Below, piece after piece: positions 49,863 through 62,365 of a DNA stretch of 64,000 bases. A program made the position numbers and the translations under genes. Numbering within the stretch: position 1 is the first letter of the stretch; each line of letters opens with the position of its first letter. The notes below the pieces were generated by a model. That model was given only the letters and a program-made list of their open reading frames with translations, ran no database searches and was not told the origin of the DNA. The DNA is from Chrysemys picta bellii (Eukaryota), in the NCBI RefSeq assembly GCF_011386835.1, contig NC_088793.1, positions 49,476,001 to 49,540,000 of the forward strand. The letters are read 5' to 3'.

Positions 49863-52800
49863 GTCAGTTCCATCATAACTATCACTATCATAATCCATAT
49901 AATCATAATTTCCCTCCTCCTCCTGCATTCCTTCATGCTCATCCTCATTAGAGTCACTTTTTGCTTGCACTTCAGCTTCATGCAGCCTCAATAAGGGACT
50001 AAAGCCGCTCTCCTCACTTTCTTCACTCTCTCTCATGACTGGTAGTGTCTGCTCCTTCTCTTCCACCTTCCCTACACTTTCTGTCTCCTCTTCAGAGATG
50101 GCTTCCAACATTCCAGCACTTCCTGAGGCCATATTTATCATCTCAAATGAATCTGTCTGTCTTACTTCATTAACGCTCAGGACACTATCTCCTGTGTTAC
50201 TCACATCTTGAAAAGTGTTTAGTTCTTCCCTCACATTCACTAGCCCGTCTCTTTCTTCTTGGACACCTAAGGGTGTGTTGTCAGGCTCTGGGGTATCATC
50301 ATCTTCAAGCTGAGAGGTACTGTAATCATCATCAATCTGAGGGGAGTCATAGGAATCATATCCATCAACCTGAGCAGTGTCATATGCATCGTCATCGTCA
50401 TCATCATCATCAAGCTGAGGAGTGTCATAGGCATCATCATCTTCATCATCAACCTGAGGAGTGTCATAGGCATCATCATCTTCATCATCAACCTGAGGAG
50501 TGTCATAGGCATCATCATCTTCATCACCAACCTGCTGCAAATAGTTATTTTCACACTGTGGGGTGCCATCACTCTCTCCCAGCAGCAGATCACCAGGTTT
50601 ATTACTATTATCTCCCAGTAGTAACCTGCCATATATAGCATCGCTGTCCCCTAGGAGTAACCCATCATGCAGACTGATACTGTTTCCCAGAAGTGACCTG
50701 CCATGCATGCTGGTACTATCTCCCAGCAGTGCCCCCCCAGGTGTATCAGTAGTGTCTTCCAACAGAGCCCTATGATGCGCATCGCTAGTGTCCTCCAGGG
50801 GTGGCCCGCCCTGCATGTCAGTACTGTCTCCCAGTGGTGACCTGCCACGTGTGTCAGTACTGTTCTTCAACAGAGGCACATCATTATTGTCTTCCGGAAG
50901 TAGTCCATCAGGCATATTGGTACAGTCCTGAAGGGATGGCCTGCCATACTCATTCTCTTTAGACTGTAGCATGCTATGCTCATTACAAACAATTTGACTC
51001 ACTAATTCTTTACCAGAAAGTTCTCCTAGAAGTCTGTTTTCAATATCTGTGTGGCTGAATGAACTGAGACTTCTCTGAACATCACATTTTTTCATATTGT
51101 TATCAGTTAACATACTCTTATCATCAGACTGCAAAATATGAGGGCCACACTTTGGATTGCTTTCTTGAACAGCACTGACTTCACTATTAACTGACAAATC
51201 ATCTACACCCAAGGAATTTTCTAAAGTTTTAAAAGTCCTGCTTTCCCTACCCAGGATCTCTCTTCCATCAGGCATGCTGGGTTTGTCTTGATCTATTCTT
51301 GAAATAAGATTTCCTTGTGAGTATTTTTGAAGATGCCTTTCTACATTTCCAGAGTTTGCTTGCTGATACACATGCTCACACCGTTCCATCTGTATTTGTT
51401 TAGGATATTCTTGAAAACTTTTGAATGAATTCTCTTTCTCAGGGTTTTGAGTACTACCCACTATATTTCCAGTTTCTGCTTCAGGTTTAGACAACAAAGA
51501 ATTCAATGTACATTCTGACTGTTCAAAACCATTAGCCTTAAAGACATTTGCTCTACTGTGAAAATCATCTCTCTCTGAACATTTATCATTCTGAGTATCT
51601 TCTTCAGGCTGTTTTAAGTTGCTGTCAGTAAAAGTATTCTGTACACCTGTATACTCATGCAGGACCTTGCTTGTGACATTATTAAACATGACATTGTCAG
51701 GTTGTTTCAGATCAGTTCTTTTTAAGTTTACATATTTATTACTAAATCCTCCTTCTGTCACATCAGCACTGGACGCAGAATCATCACCTTCCAATAACAT
51801 GCTGACAGCTTCATCCAGGTCTCCATCATATAACAAAAGTCTTTGCCCTGTGTTTGCATCCATATAACTATTTATCATCAGATAAGACATGAATAATTTT
51901 TTAGTTTGCTCTACACTATGAGGTATTGGCTCTTCTGTAACTGAAACTTCTTGTTCCTGTCTATAGTCATGAAATGCAGATGGCTGGAATTCATAAGACG
52001 ATAACCATCTTGCAGCATTTTTACAAGAGGACTCTAAATCCTCCATGTTAGGCATTTTATCAGGTAAAATTACACTGTTCAAAACAGATACAGTATTACC
52101 ATCTATTACCCCTAACTGTGCGGCATTATCCAGACTGAGTACCTCACAGGTTTCAGGAATATAAATTGCAGCTATTTTCTGCCTGCCATTTAGTATTTTG
52201 CTTGCTAGTTCATTTGTTATCATCCCTTGATGTAAAGAAGTAGATATGGGGAATATTTCACCAGAATGAGGCCAAATGAGGCCAATGAAGCCTCTCTGTG
52301 CTTCTAGTACCAAGAGTGCACTGCTAGATGAGATTAAGCTGCACTGTATGGCTTCATCTACAGTTAAGCGTTTGGATGAATTTGAACATAATATCCCACC
52401 AGTCTGAATCTGATGAGTCAGAATACCACAAGCAGTGTCCTGATCAATCAACTCTTGTCTCATGGCTTCTTCTACAGTCATTCTGTGCCCTGAGTCAGGT
52501 TCGATTATACCTCCAGATAGTAGTTGAGCTCCCAGCAACCTGAACATGGTTTCACGGTCTATGAGACCTTCATGGGCTGCTCTCAAAATACTTATCTGCC
52601 TTCCACATTTTAGAGTGATTCTACCTCTTTCTTGTGGTCTTACAGGTAGAAGTCTTAACCCTGTTTCTTCTCTTATTATGCTTCTTTGAACCATCTCCTC
52701 CACGGAAACCTTTTCTGCAGTGTTGGGGTCTATGAGATCTTTGCATGTGTCTTGCCTTTCCAAAAGCTTTGAAAATAAAGATGCAGAAACCAGGTTCCTC

Positions 52801-53210
52801 TGGAAAGCTTTGTGCAAAGTGAGTTGCTCCCCTGTAGCTGGTATAACTAGATAGCCTCTGGAAAGCTGAATCTCAAGAATTTTAATGGCAAGAGTCTCTG
52901 GAATTAGACCTTGTTCTAAAGCAGCTACAGCTGGAAGATTTGTGACTGATGACTCTGAAATAATTTTCTTAGCATTATTTAATTCTTGTAGTTGCAGTAG
53001 AGTTTGTTCATCAATAAGTTCATGGACTTTTGCTTCTTCAAGATCAAAACATATTCCTAATTCTGGTGAAATTAGCCCAGATAAAATCAGCTGATTCTCA
53101 AGCAATCTAATGCCAGTTTCAGAGTCAATTAGACCTTTTAAAACAGACTGAAAGACTGAAAGGACTTCTCCAGTTGTTTGATCAATGATACCAGCAATAA
53201 CTTTATCCAC
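47247..53210 (-). CDS. DST: Giant dystonin-b type exon: plectin repeat domain (about 53210-51800) plus a long acidic low-complexity region, 5,964 nt, 1,988 codons, phase 0-0
   Basis: Uninterrupted ORF; ttttag|GTG acceptor; ATG|gtaagt donor at 47247 is in frame; N-terminus [20 protein letters not shown] and [28 protein letters not shown] match the recalled human DST large exon. Confidence 0.96.
49812..49865 (-). repeat. Coding trinucleotide tract: 11 Asp then 7 Glu
   Basis: One GAC plus (GAT)10, then (GAA)7, in frame in the giant exon. Confidence 0.92.
50272..50525 (-). repeat. Coding 39-bp (13-aa) tandem repeat [13 protein letters not shown] plus degenerate copies
   Basis: gtgtcatagg recurs at 50422, 50461 and 50500; the first two units are identical. 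Confidence 0.92.
50550..50873 (-). repeat. Coding 36-bp (12-aa) degenerate tandem repeat, 9 units, consensus about LLGDSTDxxGxx
   Basis: Units begin in exact 36-nt register from 50873 to 50585. Confidence 0.85.
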
Positions 53211-54329
53211 CTAAAAGGGAATATAAAGAATGCTTTTAAGTAATTTTATAATTGTACATATTAAACGGTTTTTTTGCTTTTGAATACATATTAAGCACAA
53301 AATCATATACTTACCAGGACTGGGACAATGCTGTGAGTATTAGCATCTCAAATGCGCAAGTGATCTATGTCAGTGATTCAACAGCACACGATGTAATAAG
53401 AGATTTAAAATCAACATGCATCTGTGAATTGAAAATCTATGCTCTGCATACATAAATAGGGTTAGTGGAAGGCAGCAGAATAGATGATTATATAGTGAAC
53501 AATAGGACATATACCTGAAAGGCAAACTGTCATGCTCTAAGTGTCTGTGAAAGGTTAGAAGATTCAAAAATAGTATGTGATACAAAATGACCATGCTACT
53601 CATGTTTACAGCATACAGCACTTTTGCACAGACACCCAAACATATGGAATCGGATATTATAGAACCCAAATACTTCAACTAGTTTGCATAGAAAGTATGT
53701 AATCAGGTTGGCAACATTATTTTAAAATAATTATACAAGACATTGCTTCTACTTGTAGATGCACACATACATTCATAATACCTTTATGATATAATTCCAT
53801 ATTTGAGATTTAGATTGGTTTATAAAAAATGTACTTGTGGTACCTCATAACTATTTACTGTATGTGGTCCAACCATATACCCAATTGGAATTTAAAGAAA
53901 ATCTAGAACACTATATATCTTCTGGGATATCTCTGGGGGAGTACATGGCAGAGATTAACCCATATTATTTTATGGTGTCATATTTTTGCAGCACACAAAC
54001 TTATCTAGCAATCAGAGGATGGCTTTTAAAGAGAAGAGTTAAGAGATGGATGATTTGTTTATCTTTGTTCATGCAAGGCACATGGTATTAAGACTCTTCA
54101 CGCAAGTTCTGATGAACAGAATGTTCATATGCACACGTAAGACTACATATATTATACAAATATATAGAAACTGCAGTCATTTGATTCAGGTTTCAGCTTA
54201 TTGATACGTACAATCAAATACAGTTTCTCCTTTCATTGTTAATATATTGTTCCACTATCATGCAGTAAATCTCAAAAGAATAAAGTACTACAGCTAGAAA
54301 CACAACAACAAAATTTTCTGTGCTATTAC

Positions 54330-54465
54330 CTTTTCCTCCATCTTTTCATCACCTAAATTTTGTGCTCCCTGCAGTTGTTTCAAAGCTTCATTAGATAACA
54401 GGTTATAACCTTCTTGTAGGGACTTCACTTGTTTTTCCATTTCATTTCTCTCTCCATCCATCATT
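54330..54465 (-). CDS. DST: Dystonin exon 3 (MMDGERNEMEKQVKSLQEGY...KMEEK), 136 nt, phase 2-0
   Basis: ttttggtag acceptor, AAG|gtaata donor; phase completes the Lys codon split by exon 2. Confidence 0.93.
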
Positions 54466-54619
54466 CTACCAAAAAAAATAATAGATACGATTATTATCAG
54501 ATTTGAAAACTTCAGTAGGTGACAAGTTCTGCTTTTTCTGTTGGTTGTGTATTCTGTGTATGTGATCATACAAATTGAATCAGCAGAATAATCTAGCAAA
54601 TCGAATGGTGAACTCGTTT

Positions 54620-54790
54620 TCAGAAGACATGGGTTTTATTCCTGGCTTAGCTACTGGCTTGCGGGTGAATGTGAACAAGTAACTTCACTTCCCTGTGCCT
54701 CGGTTTCCCCATCTGTAACATGAAGGTAATGATAGTGACATCCTTTGCAAAGTGTATTGAGATCTATTGATGAAAAGTGCTAGATACTAT
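54620..54790 (+). mobile_element. MIR/CORE-SINE-like element
   Basis: ctgtgcctcggtttccccatctgtaa core and gagatctattgatgaaaagtgct tail. Confidence 0.6.
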
Positions 54791-54984
54791 AATTATTTTA
54801 GAAATGAGAGCAAAATCTGACTTGTGTTTTTGGGCCAATATTAGGACATATGATAAAAAAGTTGTATGAAAACATTCATCAAATACAGCTGAATAATTAA
54901 TACATTTAAGTCAACTGGTGATCAGAAAATGAGGGAAATTAACTGAAAGATACTTTTAGTGAATTATTCCCTCAGCTCTATTGT

Positions 54985-55135
54985 TTATGGTCTGTCGACC
55001 AGTTTTCCATGCCTCTGACTGTTTACTGACCACCAGCCAAGGCAATGTGAATTCATTTTGATAGCAAGCACTCATGAGAACCATGGGAAATGCTTTACTA
55101 AAATCCAAATATATTACATCTACTAATTTCAGTGA
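54985..55135 (-). mobile_element. CR1 reverse transcriptase fragment
   Basis: VDVIYLDFSKAF motif in ORF 54956-55258. Confidence 0.55.
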
Positions 55136-55452
55136 TGGATGAAACAAACCTTCTCTATATAACTTATATGTTAGTTTGTTAATATTGTAAAGTGTTTTGA
55201 GGTCCTTCAAATGAAAGGTCCTGTATAAATATAAAAGTATTGTCATGTGTTGTGTCACCTAATCCAGGGAGCTCTTGTGAAGACTGGGCTTACAAATTTA
55301 CCCCAATTGTGGGCTCAATTGCAAAAACTGTGAGAAAGTTCATGAAATGTCACAATAACCTATAACAACAAATATTAATAGGAAATGGGGAAAGGTACAG
55401 AACCAACTCAGAAAGACTAAAAAAAATGCCTACTGATATAATTCAAGGACTG

Positions 55453-56226
55453 TGTTAAAATCATGCCTAGTAAATAAGAAAAGCGAGGAACCTGGAAACC
55501 AATAAACCAGAGTGTCAGAAATCAGGCCTAATAGGTAGACAAAATAACAAGAGGGTGAGCTATTCCACCTGTTGCACCCTTTTGCAGTCCTCCAAAAGAG
55601 ACTTTAGAGAGAAAAATTGGCTACTGGAGAGAGCTTCACCATCCTGGCTGCCACCCCCACAGTCTCCTGGGAAGCTGGACCTTCTTCATCCCAATCCTGA
55701 AAAATGTCCTGACAGACCAGGCCACAGAGAGGGAGCCAGATGATGACGCTCCCATTTCCACTGGCTATAACTAAATCCTAAAACACCATCTAGGATGCGA
55801 GACTATGTCACACATCCCTCTCCTTCTCCCCCCGTGTGTCTTTTTCCTTCCCTCACCTTATTTCTTCTCTTTCCTATCTCCTTCCTTTTGCCTTCTGTCA
55901 AATAAAGAGTCTGGCGTAGCCACCAAGGCTACATATTTTGAAACACTGCTGAAAGCCTGTTACCAGAAAGAGGAAGCTAAAGAAATGCCCTAAACAGCCC
56001 AATGCTGGTACAAGTTTGCCAGGTCTTGGGAGAGGCTGATAAGACCCTGTGCTGTGGCTGTGTTTTTCCAGCAGTTAGGCTGCAAGTGAGAGTCAACATC
56101 AGAGACAGAAGCTGCATTTTCTCTCTGTAGCTCTAATAAAAGGTTAAACTGATTTTAATGATGTGTTTGCCATGGTACTAAGTAGACTTGGATCTCTATA
56201 TACCAAACCTTGGACCTTGTTTAACA
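55453..56226. mobile_element. Possible solo LTR
   Basis: Inverted termini tgttaaa / tttaaca; an actgt direct repeat overlaps both ends; internal AATAAA; TSD ambiguous. Confidence 0.4.
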
Positions 56227-56487
56227 CTGTTTAATTGGAGAGTGACTGGGTTATGTTAGCACCTTTAATGCTTTGGGCCCCCTACTTCCATCTAAATTGA
56301 TATAATCTTTTATACACCTAATCAAGTTCTCTTCACAATTACATTTAAACTAAACAAAAAGAACAAACAGAATATTATCCACTGTAACTGTAAGATGAGA
56401 ATATCAGTCTGTTCCTTATAAGCAAATATGATGCAGTAATTTAGTTACAGTTATATTAACAAAATGCTGTGATAAAATTTAACATAC

Positions 56488-56576
56488 TTGTCACTGTGTT
56501 TAGCCAAAAATGACTGTGTAGTCTGCAAAGCCTCAGATATTTGTTCTTTCTTGGTTGCTATTTCATCAGCGGAAAT
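56488..56576 (-). CDS. DST: Dystonin exon 2 ([29 protein letters not shown]), 89 nt, phase 0-2
   Basis: tttttcag acceptor, AA|gtatgt donor; too short for the ORF track, translated by hand; resembles human [30 protein letters not shown]. Confidence 0.93.
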
Positions 56577-58020
56577 CTGAAAAATATACAATCAAAATTC
56601 AGTTCTCCACAGTGCATATGTCTGAAAAGAGAGAATAGAAAAGTAGATGTTAGCTTGTTATGTGCATTCTGATCTAAAAGGATAATTAAATAAACTAAAC
56701 TAAGTCATAAAACATTCATATGATCCTGAGGCTGCTCATACGACCATCCAGCCAAGTCAGTCCCAGGAGAGGAGGGAAGCAGCATGCAATGAACAAGGGA
56801 CTTCACAATTGGAAATTTATATTCACATAAACCACTTTACACCCATTAACTGCAGTAAATATCTGAAACAAAGGCTGATTCCAGAGGATAACTTGCAACC
56901 TGGTAGCTAAATATATTAAACTATTGCTCCTCCCCCACCCCTGGAAATTTTACAATTAACTGGGAGTGAAGCTTTTCAGGGTGCTGATTAAGGCGATTTC
57001 ACCCTATATTTCTTACACTACACCCCAGTACAGATGACCAGGTGCTTTATTTTTATGTCTGACTTTATGAACATTATCAGTGTGGCAATTGATAATGAAG
57101 CAAGTCAAAAACTATATCAGGTCTTTTAACACTAAGAACAGATAAAAGGTTGTGTAGCACAGTGTCTCTGACCAGAGTGGAGAGAGATTCTTGTTTTCTT
57201 ACAACCATGTTATAATACTATACAGCAGGGTAGCTTACAAACTAGCAATAACAGGTTTATAATGAAATATCGTTATCTACACTGCTCCAGGAAACCATGT
57301 TAGCATAATGCTGATTCTAATCTGGATAGAGTCCAAGCTACTCACTGCCATGTTGAGAAGAAAGCATGTGGGAAGAACCATGCATTTCTTCACCAGTTCA
57401 GCATCTTGGTTTCCTTTAAAAGCTAGGGTTGGTTGCCAACAATAATATTCATAATTTTTCCACTGTTCCTATTACCCACTTATCACCCTCTTCTTGTGTA
57501 CTGAATTAGCATTTCAACTTTAAGAGACTCTCCTTCAGAATAGCATGGATGGAGAGAAGCAGATATATACAAGCCAACAAGAGAAGTGGGAACCTCTTAA
57601 CTTTTAAGTGTACATGTTATTTCTGAAAAGTGATTAGAAGGCAGGGAGGGAATAGGAGAGAGCTGGTGTAGTTAAAATGGTCTAGAGAACAGACCTGAGG
57701 TTTGCTCCCTCCCTTTTTTTCCTGTATAAAAGCCATGAAGATACATTGGTTGCCATTAAATAGCCAATATTTGTCAACAGTTATCTAAGAGTGCTACCTG
57801 AGATACAAGAGTGGTTTCCTAATCTATGAATGGGATAAAATGAGGTCTCTAACAAGTGTGTGGAAATTTGTAGCAAATCGTGATTTTTCAAAATGGTACT
57901 CACCTGACTCATAAAGAGCCATGCCCAGCCCAGGATTGCTTCCATGATCACCAAAGGCTAAAGGGCTGCACAGATCACTCTCTATTTTAAAGCAGTACTT
58001 CTCCTTCTGAAGGAGAGATG

Positions 58021-61000
58021 ACTCACCTTGTATGGTAAATGGAGTTCTTCAAGATGTGTCCCTCTAGAGGGGTGCTCCACATCAGTAAACGTGCATGCCT
58101 GTGCACTCTGGATTGGAGGCATTTTGTCAGCAGTGTCCGCACCTGTGCACTAGACACCCTCGTGCTCTGGCACAAGGGCATATAGGGAGGGGAGGATCCG
58201 CCACCACTCCAGTTCCTTCTCAACCAAGAAAGTCCAATAAGAGACTCTGAGACAGAGGGGAATGCGGGCAGGCAACGGAGCACCCATAGGGGGACACATC
58301 TCGAACAATTCCAGTTACTGCACAAGTTGAGTACCCTCTCTTTCTTCAAGTGATGTCCCTATGGGTGTTCCATATCAGGAGACTTCCGAGCAGTACTTCC
58401 ATCACAGAGGAGAGTGTTGAGGAGGTGGATTCAGCACAGATTGTAGAACAGTGTCACCAAAAGCCACATCAGCTCTGGAAGCAGTCACAAGAGAGTAGTG
58501 CTGGGAGACTGTATATATCAAAGACCGGGTGGCTTCTCTGCAGATCTCTGAGATAGGTTTGTTTCTCAGAAGGGCAAGAGAGGTAGATTGAACCCTGGTG
58601 AAGTAAGCAATAACTCTTGGAGGTGGGTGATCCCTTGAGACTTTGTAGCAGGTTAAAATCCATCATGCAACCCATTTGAGTGGAAGTCACCTGTCCTTTT
58701 ATGCACGCTGCACTAGAGATAAAAAGTCTGCGTGAAGCCATAACGGACCTAGTCCTGTCTAGGTAAAAAGCAAGAGCTCTTCTTGCCCTTGGGCAAGTAT
58801 GCTCTGGCTGTAGAGGAGTCCAGACTAGCTCTGATGAAGTCTATTCATTGGGTGGGCGTGACAGTAGACTTTTCCACACTGAAGCGATGGCCCAGTGAGT
58901 GGAACAGAGATAAGATCTTCTGGGTGCTGTCTGTGCTTCGAGGAATGACCAGCCTTTTGGGAGTCAATCATCCAGGTAGGGGAAAATGATTATTCCCATC
59001 TGACGAAGATGGGATGTGGCAGCCAACAGAACTTTGGTAAAGACCATTCGAGCAGTACAAAGGCTGAAAGGTACAACTCAGTAGTAGTAGCGGTCTCTGT
59101 GCATCACAAAACATAGGAAACATCTGTGTGAAGGAGGCATGGCTATATGGAAATAAATTACCTGAAGGTCGAGGAAAGCAAACCAATCTCCCAGGTCCAG
59201 AGAGGGAATTATTGCTCCTAATGATCTATTCTAATTTTTGCTATCATTCTGAACTGTTAAGTGTGAACGAAGCTGTTTATTGTCCTGAGGTCCAGAATTG
59301 GTCTCCATCCCCCATTTTTCTTTGGAACCAGGAAATGTGTAATAAAATTCTTTCCTGCCTAAGTCAGGTGGGACAGGCTTGATCACCCCCAGTGTTAACA
59401 GGGACTGCACCTGCTGCCTCGAGACTCTCATGAGAGGGGTCCCTGCAGAGAGAAGGAGGTGAGGAGGTAGAAGTAAGCTGAACTGGATGGAGTAATCTGT
59501 AAATATCACCTCCAAGATCCATTTCTCCTAGATGATGAGCTCTCAGGAAGGTAGGGAATGAGAGCGAGAGAGGCCCCACCAGGTGGAAGGGGGATATGTG
59601 AAGCATAAAATCTGGAACAGGAGAGTTTTTGACCCTTCTTCAATGGGTCTAAATTGTCATTTCAAAGATGCTGCCAACTGGAAGGTTGCAGTACAGGGCA
59701 GTCCTTTCTATGAGAACCTGGGCTTCTTCCTGAAGGGCTGACCTGTTCTCATGAGCTGGTAGTTGACTGTGTGAGACCGTTGAGCCATTTGTGACCCACT
59801 GTACTTTTTCTTTGCCATAAGTGTAAACATGCCCAGAGATCATAGCTTCACCCAGAATCCTTAAGAAAGTGAAGTGACCCATCCATAGCATTGCTGAATA
59901 ACTTGGGTCCCTTGAAGGGTGGGACAATCAATCGTGTTTTGTACCTCACAGAGGATTGCAGACAAAAAGCTCTACACCTGATTACTGCTGCAGCCATCTA
60001 ATCAGGGCTGAAGAGATGTCCTGGCAATTGTCTGGCCATTTGCTATGAGAGTTTGAACTTGTTTCCTCTGATCCTGGGGTGAGTATTCAACATATGGGTG
60101 AAAATTTGGAATAGTTTGTAAAATTGTATTTCGTCAACAGGGTTTGGTAATTGGTTACTCTGAAGTGCGGTGTGGCAGAGGAGTACGTTTTTCCATGCCA
60201 GAAGGTCCAGTCCTCTTTGTTTTTTATCAGAAGGAATGGAATGGAATCAATGTTGTCTATTCCATTTGTTGACTGCTTCCATGAGCACAGAGTTGGGTGT
60301 AGGATGGGAAAAGAAATATTTTGATCCTTTGGGTGGGATGTAATACTTTTTGTCCAACCATTTACACAAAGCAGTGCAGTAGCTGGGGTTTGACACACAC
60401 TACGTGCCCAGGGCAACAGAGCATCATTAATGGGCAGGGTGATTTTGCTCAGACAAAATGTGTGAAGGATGTCCAACAAGGAGTGTTGGGGTTCTCTCTC
60501 TTTCAATGGGATATATAGGATCTCCTCTATATACTTCATAAGGTCCAGAAAAGTCTTGAAATCATCAGCATAAGATGGTGAGGGAGGCATGACAGCCTCA
60601 TTTGGTGAGGAAGAGGATTTGCGGGAAAGTGATGTTCCTTCCTCCGCAGCTCTTGCTCCTTTGTATGATTCCACTGTGTGGAGGGACCTGAGTGCGCCAT
60701 TTATTGCTCTTGATATAGCCTCTTATGAAATGGTACCCGGTAAAACTAATCACCAGAAAGGGCCTATAGGTTCCAACACCCATCTTGGTGGGGCATAAGG
60801 GAATGGGGCAAGACCCCACTTGTTGTTATACTTGCTAGGGTTGGGTGTATCCCTTGCTAGAGTGTACCCCGAGTGAAGGAGGTTGAAAAGGGAAATCCTG
60901 TATAGATAGTTCAGAATCTGATGAGGAGTCATCTCCTGTGCCAATTGGAGGGGCAAATGGTGTCAATACCAATGGTTAAGTTGGCACCAGGGCCCCAAAG

Positions 61001-62365
61001 GGGTCCTGTAAATGCATGGGTATCACAGGCTGTTGATATGAAGGTACCAGATGGTGCTGAGTTGGGATTGGCTGGAAATGTGTCTGTGTACCCTCAAAGA
61101 GTTTATGAGGGACTGGAGGCCAAGATGGTACTGGAGGGCAAGACATCATTGAAAATGGTAGAAGAGGGTAAGTAGGCTCTGTCAGGTGAGGCGGTACTGG
61201 TGGGGAGTGTGTCTCTATTCCTCAGCAATGGTGACTCAGATGCTCCAGGATCTGAACGTCCACATTAGTCAAAAGACTGGACAGTACCAGGGACTCTAGA
61301 GTAGGAAATATCGGGAGTCAGAATATCTGGAGGTACCATAGATGGTGCTGCAGTACAATCAGTACGTCCTTCACGTCTGGTTGCTGGAGATGGTGTCCAT
61401 GATTTCAGCCTGGCTCTGGAGTCCTTATGTATTGAAGCCATAGAGTTCAATGCCAATGTAGGTACTGCTTAACATAGTTTACCAGGCAGTTTCTTAGTAT
61501 GCGGCATGGTCTTCTTAGCCAGTGCCATGATCTCCATAGCAGAGGGGATGGGAGCCTCAGCTGTATGCATAATGAGACGCAAGGTCTCCTGAGACCTAGA
61601 TCGACTGGATGACTTTCCCTTTCTCGTTTCCTGTTCTGGGGAAGGAACCCTTCTCTTCTTTGATGGTTAAGATGGTTCTGAAGGACACCCTGGGTCTTTG
61701 CTTACCATCGCAATAGAGATGGTCACCAGAGCTCTGCGGATCTAGTGTACACCTGTCCTGTTGGTGTCAGTGAGTGCTCCATTAACAAGAGTTTGAGCCT
61801 GTCCCCCATCAATGTATTAGACCTGCTCTTATACCCTGAGTAGATCTTGAATTTGGAGGGGATGTGAGACAACTCAAGCCAACTTTAATGTCCAATGCTG
61901 CCGGGGAAAGACCTATGGCAGGTCTGGCAGGGTTCAAAGCCTGGGTTCTTGGGCATAGCCTGCACTCAAGACCGTGGATCAAAGGCCCAAGAAAAACAAA
62001 GGCACAATTCAGGCCAAAGAAAGGGAGGTGGAACCCCTGCCCCCCCCCCTTTTAAGTGAAAATTGTGCTAAATAAAAATAAAGAAAAGAATACTTAGAAA
62101 ATACAGAAATGTTAGTGAGAGGTATAGCAAGGCACTAGGCTAGCTGGAGGACACCGCAATGCTCATCTCAAGCAGCAGGCAGCTGAGGGAGAACTGGAGT
62201 GGCAGCAGTTCCGCCTCTCAATATATGCCCTCATACCGGAGGACCAGGATGTCTAGGATGGAGGTATGGATCCACGGACATTGCTGATGAAAAATCTCTG
62301 ATCCAGAGTGCACAGGCATGCACACATCTTGAAATGGAGCACCCATAGGGACACTACTCGAAAAA
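58021..62365 (-). mobile_element. DIRS1-type tyrosine-recombinase retrotransposon, decayed and internally deleted
   Basis: Inverted terminal repeats (about 58030-58240 and 62160-62365) and an internal complementary region (about 58275-58375); ORF1 remnant from ATG 61956 (MPKNPGFEPCQTC; LPINDALL...QTPA); RT FLVPKKNG.WRPILDLR and YLDD (58967-58978); recombinase C-terminus RALAFYLDRT...ICREAT...QHY. Confidence 0.9.

Noticed and set aside
50272-50873. 36-39-bp repeats as a CRISPR-like array
   Set aside because: No unique spacers; the repeats are in-frame coding units in a eukaryotic exon.
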